A stretch of 64,000 nt of DNA from an uncultured delta proteobacterium (GCA_963716725.1 CAVQUB010000007.1:160001-224000), one strand, 5' to 3'. Positions 1 to 10,540 are shown, counted from the stretch's first letter. Numbers and translations are program-made. Notes: generated from the sequence alone by a model not told the origin.

Positions 1-1291
1 AGCCGAGGCCGACCAGCGCGGCGGCGATGATGGCCAGCGTGACGGCGCTGCCGACGCCAGACTTCTTGGGCGCGGCGCGCTCCTCGAGCTTCTTCGCCTC
101 TGGCGGCGGGATGGTGCTGGGCGGGTTCTTGGGCCGGCTCTTGAGCTCGGGCTCCGGCTTCTTGGGCGGGGGCCACATGAGCTCGCCCTCGAGCAACACC
201 AGAGATCCACGAATGACTTCGTCGTCCAGGTCCACGTGCCAGCTCTTGGCGCCGCCCATGTCCGCCAGCAGGTGCGTGAGGTTGGTGCCGTAGAGTTGGC
301 TGGCGGTGGGCGCCAAGCGGCTCGGCAGATCGACGTAACCGATGATGGTGACGCCGCGGTGCACGATCACCTCGCCCGGGCGAGTGAGGCCGCAGTTGCC
401 GCCGGCTTCCGCCGCGAGGTCCACGATCACCGAGCCCGATCGCATGCTCTCGACCATCGATTGCGTGATCAAGACGGGGGCGGGTCGACCCGGTATGAGC
501 GCGGTCGTCACGATGATGTCCACATCGCGCGCTTGGGAGGCGAAGAGCGCCATCTCAGCCGCGATGAACGCGGGGCTCATTTCTTTGGAGTATCCGCCTT
601 CGCCGGTGCCGTCTTCGAGCAGGGTCACTTCGAGGAAGTCGGCGCCCATGCTCTTGACCTGTTCCTTCGCCGCCGGGCGAGTGTCGAAGGCGCGCACGAT
701 GGCGCCGAGGCCACGCGCGGCGCCGATGGCGGCCAGACCCGCCACGCCGGCGCCGATCACCAACACCTTGGCAGGCGGCACCTTGCCCGCGGCGGTCATC
801 TGTCCGGTGAAGAAGCGCCCGAAGAAGCTCGCTGCCTCGATCACGGCGCGGTAGCCCGCGATGTTGGCCATCGACGAGAGCGCATCCATCTTTTGTGCGC
901 GCGTCACTCGTGGCACCTGGTCGATGGCGAGCAACGTCGCGCCCTTGGACGCAATGTGCTCGATCAGCTGCTTGTTCTTGGCGGGCCAGATGAAGCTGAC
1001 GAGGGTTTGCTTCTCTTGGATCAGATCGGCCTCGTGGATGCCCAGATCCGGGTGCTCCTCGGGGGGCTGCACCTTCAGCACGATGTCGGCGCTCGCCCAC
1101 AGTTCGGTCACGTCGGTGACGATGCTGGCTCCGGCGGCCTGGTAGTCTTCGTCCGAGAACGACGCCTTCTCACCGGCGCCACTTTCGATCGCTACGTCGA
1201 AGCCGAGCTTCTTCAGCCGGGCGGTACTCTCCGGGGTCGCGGCGACGCGGCGCTCACCGGGACGCACCTCTCTAGGGATGGCCACTAACAT
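1..1291 (-). CDS. pntA: NAD(P) transhydrogenase subunit alpha (3' end runs off the window)
   Basis: Not in the ORF track because it has no stop in the window. Manual translation from ATG 1291 gives MLVAIPREVRPGERRVAATP...RAQKMDALSSMANIAGYRAV...KVLVIGAGVAGLAAIG...IVTTALIPGRPAP...VDLAAEAGGNC, followed by the start of a TM segment. Confidence 0.96.
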   Translation of the reverse strand, partial: MLVAIPREVRPGERRVAATPESTARLKKLGFDVAIESGAGEKASFSDEDYQAAGASIVTDVTELWASADIVLKVQPPEEHPDLGIHEADLIQEKQTLVSFIWPAKNKQLIEHIASKGATLLAIDQVPRVTRAQKMDALSSMANIAGYRAVIEAASFFGRFFTGQMTAAGKVPPAKVLVIGAGVAGLAAIGAARGLGAIVRAFDTRPAAKEQVKSMGADFLEVTLLEDGTGEGGYSKEMSPAFIAAEMALFASQARDVDIIVTTALIPGRPAPVLITQSMVESMRSGSVIVDLAAEAGGNCGLTRPGEVIVHRGVTIIGYVDLPSRLAPTASQLYGTNLTHLLADMGGAKSWHVDLDDEVIRGSLVLLEGELMWPPPKKPEPELKSRPKNPPSTIPPPEAKKLEERAAPKKSGVGSAVTLAIIAAALVGLG

Positions 1292-1596
1292 CTCGGTCTC
1301 CACGCGCCACCAGGGCGCGGCCAGGACGGATCAATTCGCCGACATGGGCGGAGGGGGGTCGTCCGGCCCGCCTTCCATACCGCAAACCGACGGCGTCGAC
1401 GCGAAGAAGTTGAGCGGAGCCGTCCCAGCGGGTTTGCGCGAGGAAAGCCCAGACGATCAGCCGCGAATTTTGCGCACTTTGCCCGTGCTACTTTGCATGT
1501 CGCGGGTCCCGCTTTGCGGGCCGATTGGCGACAATGAGCACCACCGGTGAACGAGACGCGCCTCGATCCGCCGTCGGGAGCGCCGGGCGCCGGCTG

Positions 1597-2523
1597 ATGC
1601 GCCGCTGGGCGGCAGCAGCTGCGGCGCTCGTGATGGTCTGCGCCGGCGCGGGCGCCGCGGGGGCAGAGCCGCTGCGCGAAGACTCGCGCGGCCTCTTGGC
1701 CGACGTCGAACGCATCGTCAGCGTCGAGCAGAGCCTCGGGTGGTTCGCCGATCGGCGCGCCTACGAGGAGGTGCTGCCGGCGTTGTTGCAGTCCCTGTGT
1801 CGTGCCGATCCCGCGGCGCGCATCGATGCGCGCTCCGAGCTGGTGCGTCGATCCCGTGAGCTCGGGAGTTCGCGGGAGCTCTTTCTGCGAGCGGGGCGCG
1901 AGCTCGACTCCAAGACCAAGGAGGCGCTGTTCGCGGAGCGTCAGCTGGGCGCCTTCGAGCACGCGATGGCGCGCGCAGCGGACGATTGCCCCTACTTCGT
2001 GGAACCCGAGCCGGACTTCATTGGGCGCCAGACGGATCGCAATCGCTTCACGCTGAGCCTCGAGACCGGCGGCATGCTGCAAATCCGCCGCACCGAGGGC
2101 GACTGGACCTTCGGCGGTGGCGGCACCGGACGCATCCTTCCAGGCTGGGGTTTCGGTGGCTCGATCACCCTCTTGGCTGGCGCGGAGTTCGGCGGCGGCG
2201 CGATGATTCGACCGAACGTGCAGCCCACGCAGCTCGCGATCAACTACTTCCCGGCCATCCCCCTGGTCGTGCGTTTTCACGACGTCTCGTGGCACTACGA
2301 CCTCGAAGTGGCGCCGGTGGCGCTGTTTCAAGCCGACGATCAGGACATGAGCTTTGGGCTGCGTGTGGGCGGGACCGTCGGCGTCGCAGCCCTGCGCACC
2401 CGCGGGTTCCTGCCCTGGGCAGGACTCGCCGTCGCCTACGAGCGCTACTTCGAGCGCGAGGGCCGCGCTTCGGCGGTGTTCCTGCGCGGAGGCTTGCGCA
2501 TCGGCGTGATGTGGGATCCCTGA
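1597..2523 (+). CDS. Secreted hypothetical protein, C-terminal half resembles an outer-membrane beta-barrel
   Basis: Signal-peptide-like N-terminus (MRRWAAAAAALVMVCAGAGAAGA) and alternating amphipathic strands ending LRGGLRIGVMWDP. The start could be 1534. Confidence 0.6.
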   Translation: MRRWAAAAAALVMVCAGAGAAGAEPLREDSRGLLADVERIVSVEQSLGWFADRRAYEEVLPALLQSLCRADPAARIDARSELVRRSRELGSSRELFLRAGRELDSKTKEALFAERQLGAFEHAMARAADDCPYFVEPEPDFIGRQTDRNRFTLSLETGGMLQIRRTEGDWTFGGGGTGRILPGWGFGGSITLLAGAEFGGGAMIRPNVQPTQLAINYFPAIPLVVRFHDVSWHYDLEVAPVALFQADDQDMSFGLRVGGTVGVAALRTRGFLPWAGLAVAYERYFEREGRASAVFLRGGLRIGVMWDP

Positions 2524-2596
2524 GGCGCGTCTGACGCGTGGCGCCACGTCACTCGGCTTGCATGCGGCGCCCGGCTGACGCTTAGCTGCGCGCCGC

Positions 2597-3556
2597 ATGA
2601 CCGAATACGCCGCCACGCTCGAGAGCATCCGCGCCGCGCGGGAGACCATTGCTCCTCACGCCCATCGAACGCCCATCTTCACGTCGAGCGCCCTCGACCG
2701 CCTCGCCAGTCGGAAGCTGTTCTTCAAGTGCGAGAACCTGCAGCGCGTGGGCGCCTTCAAGTTTCGGGGCGCGCTCAACGCGGTCATGCGCCTCTCGGAA
2801 GATCAAGCGCGCCGCGGCGTCGTCACGCACTCGAGCGGGAACCACGCACAAGCGCTGGCGTTGGCCGCCAAACTTCGAGGGATCCCGGCTCACGTCGTGA
2901 TGCCGACCAACGCAACTCGAGTGAAAATCGACGCGGTCATCGGCTACGGAGCGCGGGTGGTTCCCTGCGAACCCACCCTCGCTGACCGCGAGCGCGTGGC
3001 GCAGCAAGTCGCGGAGGAGACCGGCGCCGCCATGATCCCTCCCTACGACCACCCGGACGTCATTTCGGGTCAGGGCACCATCGCGCTGGAGTTGCTGGAA
3101 CAAATCCCCGAGCTCGACGCGGTCGTCGCGCCGATTGGTGGCGGCGGGCTCATCAGCGGCATCGCCATCGCGATCAAGGCCCTGACGCCGGGGATCTCCG
3201 TCTTTGGCGCCGAGCCGGAGGGTGCCGACGACGCCGCGCGCAGCAAGGCCGCGCGCGAGCTCGTGCCACAGCTGAAGCCCAACACCATCGCGGATGGATT
3301 GCTCGCGGGACTCGGTCGCCACACCTGGCCCGTGATACGCGACGAGGTCGATCGCGTGATCACGGTCCCGGACGACGCCATCGTCGCGGCCATGCGCCTG
3401 ATGTTCGAGCGCATGAAGCTGGTCGTGGAGCCGAGCGGTGCCGTTTCGGCAGCGGCGGCGCTCTCGGATGTCTTCCGCGCGATGCCCGGCCTCGGACGGG
3501 TTGCGGTGGTCGTCTCGGGCGGCAACGTGGATCTCGGGAAGCTTCCGTTCCGCTGA
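2597..3556 (+). CDS. PLP-dependent serine/threonine dehydratase or serine racemase family
   Basis: KCENLQRVGAFKFRGA (PLP lysine), SSGNHAQA, PIGGGGLISG, VSGGNVD. No C-terminal ACT domain. Confidence 0.92.
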   Translation: MTEYAATLESIRAARETIAPHAHRTPIFTSSALDRLASRKLFFKCENLQRVGAFKFRGALNAVMRLSEDQARRGVVTHSSGNHAQALALAAKLRGIPAHVVMPTNATRVKIDAVIGYGARVVPCEPTLADRERVAQQVAEETGAAMIPPYDHPDVISGQGTIALELLEQIPELDAVVAPIGGGGLISGIAIAIKALTPGISVFGAEPEGADDAARSKAARELVPQLKPNTIADGLLAGLGRHTWPVIRDEVDRVITVPDDAIVAAMRLMFERMKLVVEPSGAVSAAAALSDVFRAMPGLGRVAVVVSGGNVDLGKLPFR

Positions 3557-3566
3557 GCCCGCCGCC

Positions 3567-4754
3567 TCACTCCGGGATGGCCACGACCACGATCGTGTCG
3601 TTGTGGTAGCCGTCCAGGCGGTTCTGCGTGCTCGCAACCTCCCCGTAGCTCGAGAGCCCGGCCAGCGGAACGTCAGGGAAGACTACCTGAATTGCCCTGA
3701 TCTCTTCGGCGTAGCGCGCGCCGAGCGTCATGGCGCGGCAAACACACGAGAAGAGCAATACGCCGGCGGGCTGCACTCCCTTCAATGCGTCCTTGGCGTC
3801 TTCCGCGGCGGTGCGCGCCGCGGCGATCATTTCCTCCTCGGTGCCGCGAACGATGCATACCGTCGAGCTCTCGGGCACCTCTCCCGCCACGAACAGCGCG
3901 CCATCGGGCAAGACGCGCAGCGGCGCGCGGATTCGAACCAGCTCGTCGAACAGGAGCACGCCGAGCTCGTTTTCTACGAGAAATTGCGGCAGGTCCAGGG
4001 CGTCCCACTCGAGGCCCAGGGAGCTGGCGTACTCGCGGTACGCCTCCAGCGCCGGCCGGTGGTCGAGCTCCAGCACCACGTTGCCGCGGGCCTTGGTCAC
4101 CGTCATGTGCTTCGACGACGGCGTGAGACCATGAGCGACACCGACCCCCCACGGGCGCGATGACGAGATTTGCACGCAGGCGATCCCGCCCACGAACACC
4201 TCGCGGTTCAACCCCACCGCGGTGCTCGAGTATTTCCCGTCATCGCCCGCTCCGGCGCCCACGATGGGGTGGCGGTGGTGCGCGGTCGTACGCAACGCGG
4301 TCACCACCTGCTCGAGCTCCGGAGCGAGACCGTCGCCGAGCAGCAAGCACGCGGCGTGTCGTGCCGTCTCGGGGGAGTGTTCCAAGAAGTCTCCGGCGAG
4401 CTCCCGCGCCAAGGCTGTGGCGTCGGACAGCGGCGGACCTCGACCCACGGCCAGGTGCGAGGCCTCACCCCAGGAGCAGAGCATGATCGCCACGCCCCCC
4501 CGAGTCAGGCCGCGTTCGGTGATCTCTCCCGCCGTGGTGCAGCCCAGGACGTCCGCACGCGGCAGAGCACGTCGTGCCTCGCGCAGCACCTCGGCCAACG
4601 CATGCTGCGGCGACGCGAAGACGAAGCCGAGATCGACCCTCGAGCCTCGAAGCTGCGCGCGCGCCGCGGCGATGGCCGTGCTCACCGCCTTTGGTGTCAC
4701 GGTTTCGTCGCTCGCGCCGCTGCCGCAAGTGGTTCTTGGACGGTCTTTCGCCAA
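3567..4754 (-). CDS. FIST N/C domain protein
   Basis: GCTTAGEI, GAGAGDD, VLELDHRPA, FSCVCR, GLSSYGEV, YHNDTIVV. TTG start at 4754 follows a GAGGAGG RBS. The ORF-track extension to 5354 overlaps the next gene. Confidence 0.88.
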   Translation of the reverse strand: MAKDRPRTTCGSGASDETVTPKAVSTAIAAARAQLRGSRVDLGFVFASPQHALAEVLREARRALPRADVLGCTTAGEITERGLTRGGVAIMLCSWGEASHLAVGRGPPLSDATALARELAGDFLEHSPETARHAACLLLGDGLAPELEQVVTALRTTAHHRHPIVGAGAGDDGKYSSTAVGLNREVFVGGIACVQISSSRPWGVGVAHGLTPSSKHMTVTKARGNVVLELDHRPALEAYREYASSLGLEWDALDLPQFLVENELGVLLFDELVRIRAPLRVLPDGALFVAGEVPESSTVCIVRGTEEEMIAAARTAAEDAKDALKGVQPAGVLLFSCVCRAMTLGARYAEEIRAIQVVFPDVPLAGLSSYGEVASTQNRLDGYHNDTIVVVAIPE

Positions 4755-4857
4755 CGACCGCAGCCCTCCTCTCAGTCCGCGGAGAGCATATCGCTTGCGG
4801 CTCCGGGTACAAGGCTGCCGACTTGACGACCCGCCCGGGTAGCGCTGTCGTGCGCAG

Positions 4858-6276
4858 ATGTGGCGACGCTCACTGACTTCTTCGCTGTTGCTCCTCTCGT
4901 GCGCGACCGGCGCGCCTCCGCCGGCAGATCCCAGCGGGCCGCCCGCGCAGGACTCGCCGTACATGCAGGCCGGGGCGCCGGCGCCCACCGCCACCATCGT
5001 CGAGGTTCCCCCGCCGCTCGCCGAGGTCCCCAAGATCGATTCGGAGCCCGGCGTGCCCGTCGAGGTAACGAGCACTACGGGCTGGTCGACCTTCCACGGC
5101 AACAGCGCCCGGACCGGCTCGACGAACGCGCCGACGATCCGCGCTCCCAGCATCTCGTGGAAGGCCCAAGTCGGGATCTTCTCGTGGTTGAACTCGCCGC
5201 TCGCCCTCGGCAAATCCCTGGTCATCGCGCCAAGCTCGGGCACCGCGCACAACAAACCCGATCCCAAGGACGGCGTCTCGGCCTTCCACTTGGCGTCCGG
5301 TAAGCGCGCCTGGTTCGCGCATTTCGATGCTGACGCCAACGGTGTCGCTGCCAACTCGACCCACGTCTTCGCGACCTCGGACGACGAGCACCTTCATGCT
5401 CTCGAGATCAAGACCGGGAAGACCGCATGGAAGGTGCGCGGCACGGGCAAGATGTACACACACCCGTTGATCGTCGGCGATCGCGTGGTGGTCGGTGACG
5501 CTGGTGGATGGGTGTACGCCTTCAGCGTCGCCGACGGCAAACAGCGCTGGAAAGTCCAGCTCACCGGCGCCATCCGCGGCGGCGCGTCCAGCGACGGGGC
5601 TCACTTCTTCGTCGCCTCTCAAGGGGGCGACGTCGCCGCGCTGACCCTCGAGGGCAAGACCGTCTGGAAGAAGGCCGTGAAGCGTCCGGCGTGGAACAAC
5701 CAAGGGCCGGAGCAGTCCATTGAGGCCTATTCGCCGCCGATCGTCGGAAGAGCCGAGATTTATTTGCCCTTCGCTCGGGACACGTCCCACGCCGATCAGC
5801 CCGGCATCGTCGCCCTCGACAAGAAGACCGGCGCGCTGAAGTGGAGGGCAAAAGGCCCCGGCGATTGGGGCAACCTGCGCTCGACCCCGGTCCTCGTCGG
5901 CGAGACGCTCGTCTACGGCGAGCCCTACTCCGGCGACGTCGCCGCCATCGATGCCAAGACCGGACGCATGCAGTACCGAAGGGAAATCGGCGGCTGCTTC
6001 TTCCCGCAGTGGTCTTCGCCGGCGGCCGCGGGTGATCTCGTCTACCTGCCGCGCTTCGACGGCACGGTCTACGCGCTCGGCGCGTCGACGGGCAAGGTGA
6101 AGTGGGAGATCTTCCTCGGCGACTCGAAGCGTGCGGGGCAGGGCGCTGTGCCCAAAGCTACGACCTGCTCGTGGGAAAACCCCAACGGTGCCATCTACGC
6201 GCCCGCCGCTGTCGCCGAGGACGGCACGCTGCTCATCGGCACCGCCGAAGGCATGCTCTACGCCGTGACCGGTTGA
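4858..6276 (+). CDS. PQQ-like beta-propeller repeat lipoprotein (BamB-like fold)
   Basis: Lipobox LLLLSC, Pro-rich linker, and repeated A(L/I)D/ExxTGKxxW tryptophan-docking motifs. Confidence 0.85.
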   Translation: MWRRSLTSSLLLLSCATGAPPPADPSGPPAQDSPYMQAGAPAPTATIVEVPPPLAEVPKIDSEPGVPVEVTSTTGWSTFHGNSARTGSTNAPTIRAPSISWKAQVGIFSWLNSPLALGKSLVIAPSSGTAHNKPDPKDGVSAFHLASGKRAWFAHFDADANGVAANSTHVFATSDDEHLHALEIKTGKTAWKVRGTGKMYTHPLIVGDRVVVGDAGGWVYAFSVADGKQRWKVQLTGAIRGGASSDGAHFFVASQGGDVAALTLEGKTVWKKAVKRPAWNNQGPEQSIEAYSPPIVGRAEIYLPFARDTSHADQPGIVALDKKTGALKWRAKGPGDWGNLRSTPVLVGETLVYGEPYSGDVAAIDAKTGRMQYRREIGGCFFPQWSSPAAAGDLVYLPRFDGTVYALGASTGKVKWEIFLGDSKRAGQGAVPKATTCSWENPNGAIYAPAAVAEDGTLLIGTAEGMLYAVTG

Positions 6277-7572
6277 TCAGTCCGCGGGGCGCGGGCGCTC
6301 GAGGGGCGCTTCGGGTGCGGTCGGTGCCCCGACTTCGTTCGGGAGTGGGCTTGCGGGCTCCTCTTCGGGAGCGGGGAGTGGCAAGAGCTCGAGCTGATCG
6401 CGCTCGGGAGCGAGGGCCGCTGCCAAGGGATTGCCGACCAGATCGCCGCTCGCTGCCGCGGCGACCGGCAGGCCCAGCACCGGCGCCGGCGTGAACGGCA
6501 CGTCGCGATCCATGGCCGGCGTCTGCCACGCGTCCTCGAGCAGATGCACCGCGCGCTCGATCTGGGGGATGTGGCTGCAGTGCGCGTGTTCGTTGCCGCC
6601 CTGGTAGCCCCAGAGATGGAAGCCGCGCTCATCGACCGTCGAGGTCTGAGAAAACCGCGCGTTTCCTGGGGAGATCTCGGTCCTTTCGAGGCCGAGTTCG
6701 GAGAGCAGGAGATCCGCGGTTTGTCGGGTGGAGGGGTACGTCTCCGGGACGATCTCCGAGTGCGTGAAGACGAATAGCTTCTGGCCCTCGCTCGCCTTCT
6801 TGGCGAAGCGGAAGGTCGGGCCGAGCGGCAAGCTGCTGAGTGAACTCACGCCGGCGTCGCGTGACGGCGCCGCCGGGTTCCAGGCGGCGTGCAGACCATC
6901 GAGCAACACGACCGCATCGATGCGCTCGTCTCCGTACTTCAGGATTTCGTTCACGGCACCGTAGCCGGCGCTCCACGCCGACAAGGCCAGGTGTCGAATG
7001 TGCGCCCGCGGATCATCACTGTGTCGCTGGAGCGCAGCCTCGATGGATTTGAACAAGGTGTTGAACGTGTCCGGATTGGCGAAGGCGTCCGAGTACGGCC
7101 CGCTCCCGAGCCCCTTGTCGATGCCGACGTAGACCAAGCCGCGCGTGACCTGGACGAAGGTCTTTCTCACCGGGCTGTGGCCATGGAATTGGATCAACAC
7201 GTCGTAGCCCATGTCGGGCGTGTGGCCCCCGCGCTGGGGCAGCGCGATGCGCCCCATGCTCAAGTTCTTGAAGGCGGTGTAGGGTCCCAGACCGATCGGG
7301 TCGTGGGGGAAGCACTCGTGGTAGCCCTTCTTCTTGAGCTCGTCGCTGAGCGGCTGCGCGTGCAAGTGCTCCGGTGCCGGACGCTCGTCGGCCAGCGCGG
7401 TGACGGCGACGGGTGCGCTGAAGCGACGGAAGAACGCGGCGGCCTTGCTGACCGGTTCGGCCCGGAGGCCGCTCGCGATCGCCACACCCGCGACGCCGAC
7501 CAGCCCCAGCGCCAACCCTCGCCGGAGCAGCTCGCCGTTGGTCGGCGCCGGTGTTTTCTCGGGCTTAGACAC
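6277..7572 (-). CDS. Hypothetical exported alpha/beta-hydrolase-like protein
   Basis: N-terminal RR plus hydrophobic segment, IQFHGH, nucleophile-elbow-like LSAWSAGYGA, VVLLDGLH, late His (HAHCSH). Confidence 0.6.
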   Translation of the reverse strand: MSKPEKTPAPTNGELLRRGLALGLVGVAGVAIASGLRAEPVSKAAAFFRRFSAPVAVTALADERPAPEHLHAQPLSDELKKKGYHECFPHDPIGLGPYTAFKNLSMGRIALPQRGGHTPDMGYDVLIQFHGHSPVRKTFVQVTRGLVYVGIDKGLGSGPYSDAFANPDTFNTLFKSIEAALQRHSDDPRAHIRHLALSAWSAGYGAVNEILKYGDERIDAVVLLDGLHAAWNPAAPSRDAGVSSLSSLPLGPTFRFAKKASEGQKLFVFTHSEIVPETYPSTRQTADLLLSELGLERTEISPGNARFSQTSTVDERGFHLWGYQGGNEHAHCSHIPQIERAVHLLEDAWQTPAMDRDVPFTPAPVLGLPVAAAASGDLVGNPLAAALAPERDQLELLPLPAPEEEPASPLPNEVGAPTAPEAPLERPRPAD

Positions 7573-7763
7573 GGGCTCTCAGTCTATTCAAAATATCGGG
7601 AATGGAAATACCCTCTTGACTAGTGGGGTATGCCACGGGGGCCCCAAGAACCAGCCAGATCCGCGGATCACACCAATTTTCTAGGCAAAAACGGCTCTGG
7701 AACGCTGCGGCATTTGCCCGTGCGGCGGCCGCCCCGAAAGCGTGCTGTAGGCTGCCCGAACCG

Positions 7764-9101
7764 GTGCTCCGCACGTTCCGCGCCCTGTTCATGTTCTGGA
7801 CGATCTTCGCGTCGTACGGACTGCACTGGCTCGCCGCCAAGGTGTTCGGCGGCAAACGGGTGGCGTCGCGCTGGCAGCACGTGCACCGCAACAACGCTCG
7901 CCGGCTGGTCAACGGCTTCACGCGGCTGCGCGGTGTGTTCATCAAGGTTGGCCAGGTTCTCAGCGTGATCGGGACTTTCCTTCCGCGCGCGTACGGCGAA
8001 GCCCTCGAGAAGCTGCAAGACAAGGTGCCGTCGCGCCCCTTCTCCGAAATCGAAGGACGGCTACGCGAGGCGCTCGGCGAGGACCCATTGTCGCGATTCG
8101 CCGAATTCGATCGCGAGCCGTTGGCCGCAGCGTCGCTGGCGCAGGTGCACCGCGCGGTCACCAAGGACGGCCGCGCGGTGGCGGTGAAGGTTCTGTATCC
8201 GGGCATCGAGAAGCTGATCCGCACGGATCTCGGCGTGCTGCGCTCCATCATGCCGGTGGTGGGGCGTTTATTCCCCATCACGCGCTTCGAGCGGGTGCTC
8301 GATCAGCTCGCTGCCATGCTCTCCCGGGAGACTGACTACTCGAACGAGCGCAAGAACATGGAGCGCATGCGAGCCATCTTCGCCGACCGCGCCGACGTGA
8401 TCGTGCCTCAGGTCGTCGACGAGCTCACCAACGCTGGCGTGCTCACCATGACCTTCGAGGAGGGCACCAAGATCAGCGACGCACCCACGCTGAAGGCGCG
8501 CGGCATCGACGGTGAGTCCGTCGCGAAGCTGCTCACCGAGTGCTATTTCGGGATGCTGCTCGAGCATCAGGTGTTCCACGCCGATCCGCACCCTGGGAAC
8601 TTCTTGGTGCGCCCGGGACCTCAGCTGGTGATCTTGGACTACGGCGCGGTCGAAGAGGTGACGCCCCAGCTCGCCGACGGAATGCGGATGGTGGTGCTCG
8701 GCGCGGTCACTCGCAGCGACGATCAGGTCCTCGACGGGCTCGAGCGCATGGGGTTCGTCGCCGAGGGTGGGGATCGCGAGCTCTTGGCCCGGGTGGGGCG
8801 CGAATACCTGAAGATGCTCTCGAGCATCAAGATCACCGATTTTTCCCAGCTCGACCGCGAGACGGTCGAGAAGCTCACCGTCAACGGCTATCAACAAGTG
8901 CGCGGGCAGCTCCGCGACATCATGAAGAGCGTGGAGTACCCCGACGGTTACTTCTACGTCGAGCGCACCCTCGTCTTGCTCTTTGGCTTGGTCGGCCAAC
9001 TGGCGCCCAAGGTGGGCTTGCCTGGGCTGGTGCTGCCCTACGCCTCTTTGGCCTTCGCCAAGGGGCTCGCTGCGAGACCGCCTGCAGAGGCCGCGCCATG
9101 A
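7764..9101 (+). CDS. ABC1/AarF/UbiB family atypical kinase
   Basis: FIKVGQVLS, PLAAASLAQVHRA, VAVKVLYPG, FHADPHPGN, ILDYG. GTG 7764 is preferred over the ORF-track start at 7623. Confidence 0.92.
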   Translation: MLRTFRALFMFWTIFASYGLHWLAAKVFGGKRVASRWQHVHRNNARRLVNGFTRLRGVFIKVGQVLSVIGTFLPRAYGEALEKLQDKVPSRPFSEIEGRLREALGEDPLSRFAEFDREPLAAASLAQVHRAVTKDGRAVAVKVLYPGIEKLIRTDLGVLRSIMPVVGRLFPITRFERVLDQLAAMLSRETDYSNERKNMERMRAIFADRADVIVPQVVDELTNAGVLTMTFEEGTKISDAPTLKARGIDGESVAKLLTECYFGMLLEHQVFHADPHPGNFLVRPGPQLVILDYGAVEEVTPQLADGMRMVVLGAVTRSDDQVLDGLERMGFVAEGGDRELLARVGREYLKMLSSIKITDFSQLDRETVEKLTVNGYQQVRGQLRDIMKSVEYPDGYFYVERTLVLLFGLVGQLAPKVGLPGLVLPYASLAFAKGLAARPPAEAAP

Positions 9102-10540
9102 AACGCTGGGCCGCGCCGCTCGCCGTGTTCATCGCGGCGGGGTGCGCGCGGTCCCCAGCGACGCCCACCGTGACCGCGAGCTCGTGCGACGCGCGGGTGC
9201 GAATCGTCAGCGAGCGACCGCTGTTGCTCGATGTCGAGCTGCACTGTACTGGTCGACCGTTGTCAGGCTTCGTGGCCACCGAGCCCGCGAGTCTGCCCGC
9301 CATCGCGGTCGGGTCTGGTGTGGTTCGTCGTGGCTCGCGGTTCTCCGCAAGGTCCTCCGGCTCGGAGTCGACCCTTGGCTATCGTATCGATCTCGACGCC
9401 GTGGCCGCTCGCGCCCGGAGCTTCGACGTCGCGCTGCGCTCGGGATCGTCTCTGGTGGCGCCGGTCTCCACCTGGCTCTTGCGCCCCGATCCGCTCCGGA
9501 GCGACGTTCCGGTGCGCCTTCGGGTCGAGACGCCACCTGGCGTGCGTTTCGAGACCGGCCTCGCCAAACAAGGTGGCGGCTACGCCCTCGCGTCCCACGA
9601 GATCCCCGTCGCCACTTATGCGGTCTTCGGCCGCTTCGAGTCGCGTGCGCTCAGCGTCGATGACTCGCGCATCGACCTCAGCTTTGCAGATGGGCGCATC
9701 GCGGCGGGACGCGACACGCTCGCGCGCTGGGTCTCGGAATCGGCGCAGGCCGTCGGCAAGTTCTGGCGACGCTTTCCGGTCCCTCGCGTGCACATCACGA
9801 TCATCCCCGTCGCGGGCCGCGAGGGCGTCTTGTTCGGCAAGGTCCTGCCCGAGAGCTCACCCGGCGTCGCGCTCTTGGTCGGTGAGAACACCACGCGCGA
9901 GCGGCTCTACCAGGACTGGATCCTGATCCACGAGCTGTTCCACCTCGGGGTGCCCAGCTTTTCGGGCGAAGGCAAGTGGTTCGACGAGGGGCTCGCCACC
10001 TATTTCGAGCCCATCATCCGAGCGCGCGCGGGCTGGCGATCCGAAGCCAGCGTTTGGCGCGAGTTTCAGCGCGAGATGCCCCGCGGGCTCGTCGCAGTCG
10101 AGCAGAGAGGCGTCGAGCGCGTCGATGATTTCTCGGGCGTGTACTGGGGCGGCGCCATCGTGGTGATGCTCGCTGACCTCGAGATCCGGCGCCGCAGCGC
10201 CGGCGCGCGAGGGCTCGAAGACGGGCTGCACGGCGTGCTCGACGCAGGCGGACACGCCAGCGTGGTCTGGCCCCTGGCCCGGGCCCTCGAGCTCTGCGAC
10301 AGGAGCGCGGGAGAGACGGTGCTCGGGCCGCTGGCCCAAAAGCACGCGCGTGGGGGACGAAGGGTGGATCTCGAAGCGCTTTGGCGCGAGCTCGGCGTCC
10401 GAGCGACCGGCGACGGGGTTCAGCTGGTGAACGACGCGCCGCTCTCGGCGGTGCGTCGCGCCATGGTGCGGGGCGGGGCTCACTCCACGTCGTCGAAGCT
10501 GGGCAGGTTTCCGAAGTTGAAGCCAATCCCCGCCATGTAG
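9098..10540 (+). CDS. Gluzincin (M1/M61-like) zinc metallopeptidase lipoprotein
   Basis: ATGA overlap with the kinase stop, lipobox IAAGC, and HELFH...WFDEGLATY...VYWGG zinc-binding motif set. Confidence 0.8.
   Translation: MKRWAAPLAVFIAAGCARSPATPTVTASSCDARVRIVSERPLLLDVELHCTGRPLSGFVATEPASLPAIAVGSGVVRRGSRFSARSSGSESTLGYRIDLDAVAARARSFDVALRSGSSLVAPVSTWLLRPDPLRSDVPVRLRVETPPGVRFETGLAKQGGGYALASHEIPVATYAVFGRFESRALSVDDSRIDLSFADGRIAAGRDTLARWVSESAQAVGKFWRRFPVPRVHITIIPVAGREGVLFGKVLPESSPGVALLVGENTTRERLYQDWILIHELFHLGVPSFSGEGKWFDEGLATYFEPIIRARAGWRSEASVWREFQREMPRGLVAVEQRGVERVDDFSGVYWGGAIVVMLADLEIRRRSAGARGLEDGLHGVLDAGGHASVVWPLARALELCDRSAGETVLGPLAQKHARGGRRVDLEALWRELGVRATGDGVQLVNDAPLSAVRRAMVRGGAHSTSSKLGRFPKLKPIPAM

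Noticed and set aside
1292..1596. Riboswitch, ncRNA or Rex operator upstream of pntA
   Set aside because: Only short CTTTGC-like direct repeats are present. I could not recognise an aptamer, terminator or Rex palindrome.
10480..10540. 61-bp convergent overlap between the peptidase and lipoprotein genes as a regulatory feature
   Set aside because: Short 3' overlaps are common in stop-poor high-GC genomes, and the overlapping tail looks like non-conserved run-on.
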